A DNA stretch of 52,880 bases, from assembly GCA_037441385.1 (NCBI GenBank), contig JBBISH010000031.1:1-52880 (forward strand). The letters run 5' to 3'. The notes under the pieces were generated by a model. That model had not been told where the DNA came from, ran no database searches, and worked only from the letters and a program-made list of their open reading frames with translations. Positions 48,130 to 52,880 of this stretch are shown here, piece after piece. Both the position numbers and the translations under genes were made by a program. Source of the DNA: Myxococcales bacterium (GTDB lineage: Bacteria; Myxococcota_A; UBA9042). Each line of letters opens with the position of its first letter. The first letter of the stretch is position 1.

Positions 48130-48402
48130 TCAAACGCCGGCTCGCGCCGGGCACCGCTCGGACAGCGCCGCCCAGGTCACGACGGCGCCGCACAGCCGGC
48201 AGCGGGCAGGTACGGCCGCAAGCGGGTGGTGGCTCGGCAGGTGGCCGGCGCGCGGATAGCGGGCATCGAGTGCAGGGGTTGCCGTCGTCGCACGCGGCGG
48301 CGCGTCCGTCGAGCGGCCGAGCTGGGCGGTGTCGGCGGTGCGCAGCGTGGGCGGCATCGGCAGCATCCAGGGCCAGGCATCGGCAGGGCGGGTCAGCGAC
48401 AC
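48130..48402 (-). CDS. Phage hypothetical protein with His/Cys cluster (possible zinc finger)
   Basis: GTG overlapping the upstream small ORF; H..SHH...CRLCG...CP. Confidence 0.4.
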   Translation of the reverse strand: MSLTRPADAWPWMLPMPPTLRTADTAQLGRSTDAPPRATTATPALDARYPRAGHLPSHHPLAAVPARCRLCGAVVTWAALSERCPARAGV

Positions 48403-48497
48403 CAGCGGGAACTCGCGAGGTCGCACAGAGCGAGCCAGAGGCCGTGCCAGACAGAGCGGTCGGTGGCGCAGGCCCACAGGTAGGCAAGGGCGTTCAT
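48393..48497 (-). CDS. Putative 34-aa hydrophobic peptide
   Basis: ATGA overlap with the holin-like stop; MNALAYLWACATDRSVWHGLWLALCDLASSRWCR. Confidence 0.4.
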   Translation of the reverse strand: MNALAYLWACATDRSVWHGLWLALCDLASSRWCR

Positions 48498-48745
48498 TGC
48501 GGCCGAGGCGTGACCACGTTCTGCTGGTCGATGGGCGTGGGGTTGGCGGCCTGGCGGAAGTACACGGCCAGACCACCCAGGCCGGTGACGACCACGCCGA
48601 CGACCTCGTCGCTCAGCACGGCGGCGACCTGGGCCGCGATGTCGGGCGGCAAGTACTTGGCGAGTTCCTTGGTGAGCACGACCGCGACGATGGCGGCGAC
48701 GGTGCGGTTGGTGCGGCTCTTGGTCACGGTCTTGGCGGCGGGCAT
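48494..48745 (-). CDS. Holin-like membrane protein
   Basis: 83 aa, K...KSRT N-terminus, two hydrophobic helices, R....TPI end; GGAG RBS; near the endolysin. Confidence 0.6.
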   Translation of the reverse strand: MPAAKTVTKSRTNRTVAAIVAVVLTKELAKYLPPDIAAQVAAVLSDEVVGVVVTGLGGLAVYFRQAANPTPIDQQNVVTPRPQ

Positions 48746-48772
48746 GGGCGGTCTCCAGGCGGCGCGAGGCCG

Positions 48773-49036
48773 CTACTTGCAGTCGTCGTTGGGGAGCTTG
48801 GTGGCGCTCTCGCAACGCACCCGCGGGGGCTTGTCCTTGCAGACCTCGACCGCGTAGTACGGGCGGGCGTCGGGGCCCGAGCTGCCGTCCCAGCGGTAGT
48901 AGACCTGGCAGCCGCTGCAGCTCTCCAGCAAGACGATGGTCAGCAGCAGCAGGCCGATGATGAGCGCCGACACGCCCCAGGCGGCCCAGCGGTCGTCGCG
49001 GGGCCGGTGCACTTGGATGGGATGCCAGACGAACAT
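48773..49036 (-). CDS. Small membrane/lipoprotein-like protein in the lysis cassette
   Basis: AGGAGG RBS; one TM segment followed by SCSGC. Confidence 0.55.
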   Translation of the reverse strand: MFVWHPIQVHRPRDDRWAAWGVSALIIGLLLLTIVLLESCSGCQVYYRWDGSSGPDARPYYAVEVCKDKPPRVRCESATKLPNDDCK

Positions 49037-49045
49037 GCGCACCTC

Positions 49046-49498
49046 CTACCCGACGAAGCGGGCCCAGATGATGGGGCGGCCGTTGCCGAGCGCGCCCTTG
49101 GCGAACCAGGCCAGCCGGTGCATCGCGGCAATGCCGTGGCCCGTGTCGCAGCATTCGACGGTCAGCGCGGCCGCAACATCGCGTACAACGAACACGTGGC
49201 CGGAACGGCGCTTGCCTCTGACGGTCCGGCCTGGCCAAACGCCGATACAGCCTGGCTCAGGCGCGGCGATTTGCTGCCAGCGCACATGGCCGCCCTGGGC
49301 GTCGCCGTAGATGCGATCGGTGTTCCACCAAAGTCCGCGTGAGTCCTCTTTGCGCTGGCCACAGCAGCGGGCCAAAAACGCGGAGCAGTCGCAGCCGATG
49401 GGGTCGCCGTCCAGGTCAGCGCCCTTGCGGTAGACGACCTTGCCGCCGTGTTGGTGGAGCAGGGCGACGGCGAGCTGCAGGACCTCGGCCGGGCTCAT
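49046..49498 (-). CDS. NlpC/P60/CHAP-like peptidoglycan hydrolase (probable endolysin)
   Basis: Y..G, CDCSAF (catalytic Cys), PGCI, GHVFVV (His), VEC. Confidence 0.75.
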   Translation of the reverse strand: MSPAEVLQLAVALLHQHGGKVVYRKGADLDGDPIGCDCSAFLARCCGQRKEDSRGLWWNTDRIYGDAQGGHVRWQQIAAPEPGCIGVWPGRTVRGKRRSGHVFVVRDVAAALTVECCDTGHGIAAMHRLAWFAKGALGNGRPIIWARFVG

Positions 49499-49893
49499 GG
49501 CAGCGCCGCCGTCGACAGCGTGGCGCAGCAGCTGGGGCAGCGGCCGCAGTGGTCCGCCAGGTAGCGCTGGGGCCAGGTGGCGACATCGTCGTTGGGGTCG
49601 GGAGCTGGGGCCGCGGCGGTCATGGCGGCCAGCGTGATGCCGAGCTGCTCGGCGGGGGCGGGGCCGGCGGCGGCCACCTCGGGCGGCAGGCTCATCGGAG
49701 CGGCGGCGGCTTTGGTCTTGACCTGGCGCGGGGCGATGGAGTCGATGGCGACCGACAGCTCGACTACCTTGTCTTCCAGCGATTTCAGGCGGCCGTTGAT
49801 GCTCGCCACAAAGAACACGCCGGCAATCAGGGATGTGACGCTGGCGAGCGCCAATCCCGCCCAGGCCACCACGTTGCTTTCACGGTCCGCCAT
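49495..49893 (-). CDS. Phage membrane protein (TM plus coiled coil), coupled to the endolysin
   Basis: GGAGG RBS; N-terminal TM then heptad RLKSLEDKVVEL; ATGA overlap with the endolysin. Confidence 0.65.
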   Translation of the reverse strand: MADRESNVVAWAGLALASVTSLIAGVFFVASINGRLKSLEDKVVELSVAIDSIAPRQVKTKAAAAPMSLPPEVAAAGPAPAEQLGITLAAMTAAAPAPDPNDDVATWPQRYLADHCGRCPSCCATLSTAALP

Positions 49894-49990
49894 CGCGACC
49901 ACCTCCAGCGCGGAGTGTGGCGCGGTGAGCAAGCGGCGGTCAGGGCGGGGATGCTGGAGCAGGGGGCTAGCGACTTGAGGCGATCGGAGG

Positions 49991-50563
49991 TCACAGCGTC
50001 TCCAAGTCCGCCAGGCGGTCGCTCGGCACCACGCTGAACCCAGCCACTTTGCTGATGCGCCACGGTTCCACGTAGGGGGCGCCCAAGGTCTGCACCTCGA
50101 ATAGCCGGTTGATCGGCGCCGATGGGGCATCGTTCAGGGTGTCGCCGCTCACCTCGATGTCGGCATTTTGGCCAGAGAAAACGCCTACAGACACGTAGCC
50201 AAGACTCATATTGCACGGCACGCGCACCACATCGTTGCCGGTCAGACCGCCGTCGCTGGTCGAACCCTCATGGTAGGGCGCTGCGGTAGACGTGAAGCCG
50301 TTGCCTTGCCAGCCACGTGATAGCGCCGCCCGGCAGTGCACGGAAGCAGGCGGCGTGACGATGCCCAGGTGGCGCGTTTCCGGAGCGCCGGCCTGCAGCG
50401 AGTCAAACTGGTGCCCGGTGCCGCAGTAGGGCGTCACCGCCAACGCCTCCGACCAGAGCACCGCCGACACCAGCAGCGCGGAGCTGGCCGGCGGCGTCGC
50501 CTCGTCGGTGATCGGCGCGGTGAGGTCTTCGGCCTGCCAGTTCTTGGGAACGGGGACACGCAT
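49991..50563 (-). CDS. Phage hypothetical protein (probable virion/tail)
   Basis: Tightly packed operon (3-nt gap); beta-rich composition. Confidence 0.65.
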   Translation of the reverse strand: MRVPVPKNWQAEDLTAPITDEATPPASSALLVSAVLWSEALAVTPYCGTGHQFDSLQAGAPETRHLGIVTPPASVHCRAALSRGWQGNGFTSTAAPYHEGSTSDGGLTGNDVVRVPCNMSLGYVSVGVFSGQNADIEVSGDTLNDAPSAPINRLFEVQTLGAPYVEPWRISKVAGFSVVPSDRLADLETL

Positions 50564-50566
50564 CGG

Positions 50567-51589
50567 TCAGCTCCCTGGCGTGAACCACGCCATCACGGCA
50601 AATATCCGCGTAGTTTGCGTGGCCGTGGTGCGGATTGCCAACTCCAAGTCCACGTAGGCCAGCAGCCCGCTGCCCAAGATCTTGACCTGCAGCGCGGCCG
50701 ACTCGATGGCGCCGCTGGCATCGAACAGCACCGACTGGCCATCGCCGCCGATGCCCACCTGGCGCAGGCGCACCAGGTCAGCTGTGCCGCCGGCATCCAC
50801 ATCGGCGATCACTCGCACAGCCAGCGTGACCGTACCCGTTTGGCCGGGCAGCCAAATGCGCACCGGTGGCGCCGGACGCCAGAAGCTGGCGTCGTGGCTG
50901 GTCCACCGCGGCGCGCTGCGGTACTCCTGGCCAAACGAATACGCGCACTGCCGGCGGTCGACCAGCAGAGCCGCTGTGCTCGCCTTGCAGCGGTTGAGCC
51001 AGTCCGTGTGCACCGCGGCCCGATCGGCGCTGGCCATCAGCGTGTCGTCGTAGGGCACGAACCCGCTCGGCTGAATGCCGGACACCGCATCGCCCGGAGT
51101 GGGCCAGGCCAGGATATGATGGTCGTCGCGGGTGCCGGCCGCGGGGGCCGTGAGCGACACCCGCAGCGCGACGGCGGTGGCCGGGATGGTCTGGTTCGCC
51201 TTCTGGTGCGTGGTCAGTCGGCCGGCGACGCCGTTGCTCACCACCACGTCGCTGCAGATGGCGGTCCAGACCGAGGCGCCGCCAGCCACGTAGGCCGTGG
51301 TGTAGTCGACGGAAACGGTCACGTTTTGGCTGGCCGCGCTGCACACAAAGCGCACCTCGAACGAGTAGAGCAGACCGTCCGCGCTCGGCAGCACCGGGAT
51401 GTGGTACTCGCTGGCGCGCGGCAGGGCGTCGTCGGCGGTGGGGGCCAGGCTGACCAGCGGCGGCCGGTAGTGCTTCCAGTTGTGGTTGACGTTCTGCAGC
51501 GCGCGGTCAAGCGTGTACCGCTTCATGTGCGGAAGCAGCAGCTCGTATTCATTGGCGATGTTGACCGTTGCCGGCGTGGTGAACGCCAT
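50567..51589 (-). CDS. Phage hypothetical protein (probable virion/tail)
   Basis: MAFTTP start typical of tail proteins; Thr/Val-rich; 3-nt gaps to neighbours. Confidence 0.7.
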   Translation of the reverse strand: MAFTTPATVNIANEYELLLPHMKRYTLDRALQNVNHNWKHYRPPLVSLAPTADDALPRASEYHIPVLPSADGLLYSFEVRFVCSAASQNVTVSVDYTTAYVAGGASVWTAICSDVVVSNGVAGRLTTHQKANQTIPATAVALRVSLTAPAAGTRDDHHILAWPTPGDAVSGIQPSGFVPYDDTLMASADRAAVHTDWLNRCKASTAALLVDRRQCAYSFGQEYRSAPRWTSHDASFWRPAPPVRIWLPGQTGTVTLAVRVIADVDAGGTADLVRLRQVGIGGDGQSVLFDASGAIESAALQVKILGSGLLAYVDLELAIRTTATQTTRIFAVMAWFTPGS

Positions 51590-51592
51590 GTG

Positions 51593-52879
51593 CTACCCCC
51601 ACTGCGAGCCGTCGTCGATGTGCGCGAACGGTTCTTGCCAGGTGCTGATGTGGCCGCCGTCCAGCGTGGGCAGCGTCAGGGTCGACCGGTCGGTGGTGCT
51701 CAGGGTGTGGCCGGTCGGGTTGCTGGTGATGGTGAGCCGGCACACGCCGCCCACCTCGGCCGCGGCGCTGACCTGGTGGCGCTGCCCCACGGTCTCGGTC
51801 TTGCCCGGCTTGTAGTGGTAGAGCCAGACCGGGCCGGCCGCGTCGGCAAGCGCCGCCTCCATGTGCGGCAAGTACTTGAGCGGAACCTCAATCCAGGTGG
51901 GCGTGGTGGCGTGCTGGTAGGCCGAGATCAGCATCGCCGGGCTCAGCGCGTGCACGGTCACGCTGCCGTCGATGAGCAGCACCAGCTTGACCGCCAACGT
52001 CTTCGGGTTCATGGCGCGGCCGGTGACGCGAGCGGGGCCGGAGTAGCCAGGCGCACCGGTGGCCCCGGTCCAGGTCCAGATGCCCGGGTGCGTCGTGTCC
52101 AGATAGACGACGTCGCCCACCTCTGCACTCACCCACGGCGGCACGCGCACGGCCAGCACCTGCAGCGTCTGGTCGGCGGCAAGCTGGCTGGCGCAGGCGG
52201 CCTTGGCGATGTCCCACAGCGCGTCGCGGCTAGTCGCTGGAACGCGGTACTCCATCTCGCGGCGGCCCTCGGCCTCGGCGCTAGGCTGGTCGGCCAGGGT
52301 GAGGCGATCGGCGGCATCGTCGCTGGTGCCCAGTGGTCGCAACACGCTGACGACGTTGGGCGCCTCGGCCCGCTCAATGGCCAGGATCGGGTCGTCGCTG
52401 TGGCTGAGCAGGTCAGTGTCGGCGATGGTGGTGGCCCAGCCCGAACCGAACGGCGCGGTGTTGACCAGCGTGAGCAGCTGCCGCCGGCTGGACTGGCTCA
52501 CGTCGGGCCGGCAGACCACGGCGCCGCGGAACAGGCCCAGGGCACCGCCGAACACGTCGACGAACGTAGCGCCAGCATGGTTCACCTCGCACTGCAGCGA
52601 GCTCAGCGGAGCGGGCGCCTGCAGGAAGCTGGTGACGTGCAACACGCTGGAGTCCAGGCTGTAGCCCTGGCCGCGCTGCAGCACGTCGTAGGACCCGCGC
52701 AGGGCGGTCGAGCCGCTTGACTCCATGGTCGCCAGCATGAGGCCGGTGGGCGTGCCTGTGCAGGTGAGCAGCAGTTCCACGCCCGCGCCGATGGCATCGG
52801 GGCCAGACAGTGCGGACAAAGGCGCTCCCGCCAGCGGCGCCAGGCCGGCCAGGTACACGTCGTTTCCCGAGTAGCCAGT
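51593..52879 (-). CDS. Large phage protein, probable tail/baseplate hub (5'-partial)
   Basis: Frame open to the window end; VGDVVYL...ARVTGR motif typical of tail hub C-termini. Confidence 0.65.
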   Translation of the reverse strand, partial: TGYSGNDVYLAGLAPLAGAPLSALSGPDAIGAGVELLLTCTGTPTGLMLATMESSGSTALRGSYDVLQRGQGYSLDSSVLHVTSFLQAPAPLSSLQCEVNHAGATFVDVFGGALGLFRGAVVCRPDVSQSSRRQLLTLVNTAPFGSGWATTIADTDLLSHSDDPILAIERAEAPNVVSVLRPLGTSDDAADRLTLADQPSAEAEGRREMEYRVPATSRDALWDIAKAACASQLAADQTLQVLAVRVPPWVSAEVGDVVYLDTTHPGIWTWTGATGAPGYSGPARVTGRAMNPKTLAVKLVLLIDGSVTVHALSPAMLISAYQHATTPTWIEVPLKYLPHMEAALADAAGPVWLYHYKPGKTETVGQRHQVSAAAEVGGVCRLTITSNPTGHTLSTTDRSTLTLPTLDGGHISTWQEPFAHIDDGSQWG

Positions 52880-52880
52880 G

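Larger units (their letters stand above)
42600..52880. mobile_element. Prophage integrated at the tRNA-Asp 3' end (left portion; extends beyond the window)
   Basis: Integrase next to the tRNA, Xis-like genes, origin-like repeats, holin/endolysin-like genes and co-oriented virion-like genes. The second att copy is not in the window. Confidence 0.85.

Noticed and set aside
48265..48295. CDDGNPCT myxobacterial Cys-repeat in ORF 48119-48487
   Set aside because: Single isolated motif in a frame with no other support; an overlapping frame fits the operon better

Overview
GC-rich bacterial chromosomal window, most likely Myxococcota/deltaproteobacterial. That assignment rests on a MYXO-CTERM protein, an FHA-GAF-adenylate cyclase, mevalonate genes and a Myxococcus-type LexA box. 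1-2.8 kb: comM-recA-ssb cluster; all three proteins end in -AA. 3.1-5.5 kb: accessory Type II R-M locus with a C5 methyltransferase convergent to a controller protein and a SmaI-like endonuclease, followed by a hairpin-dense non-coding stretch. 6.5-42.1 kb: mostly housekeeping genes (leuS, a catalytically dead rhomboid, an M20 amidohydrolase, the lower mevalonate operon fni-mvk-mvaD-pmk-prenyltransferase, type-2 valS, Zn uptake, a Lon-like protease, GT2-asnB, moeA). 42.4-42.6 kb: tRNA-Val and tRNA-Asp. From about 42.6 kb to the window end: a prophage adjacent to tRNA-Asp, with integrase, Xis-like HTH genes, a LexA box, a non-coding iteron/DnaA-box origin-like region, a lysis cassette and unknown virion genes. 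An Illumina adapter sequence is embedded in comM, so the assembly has at least one local artefact. All protein family calls come from recalled motifs, not from database searches.
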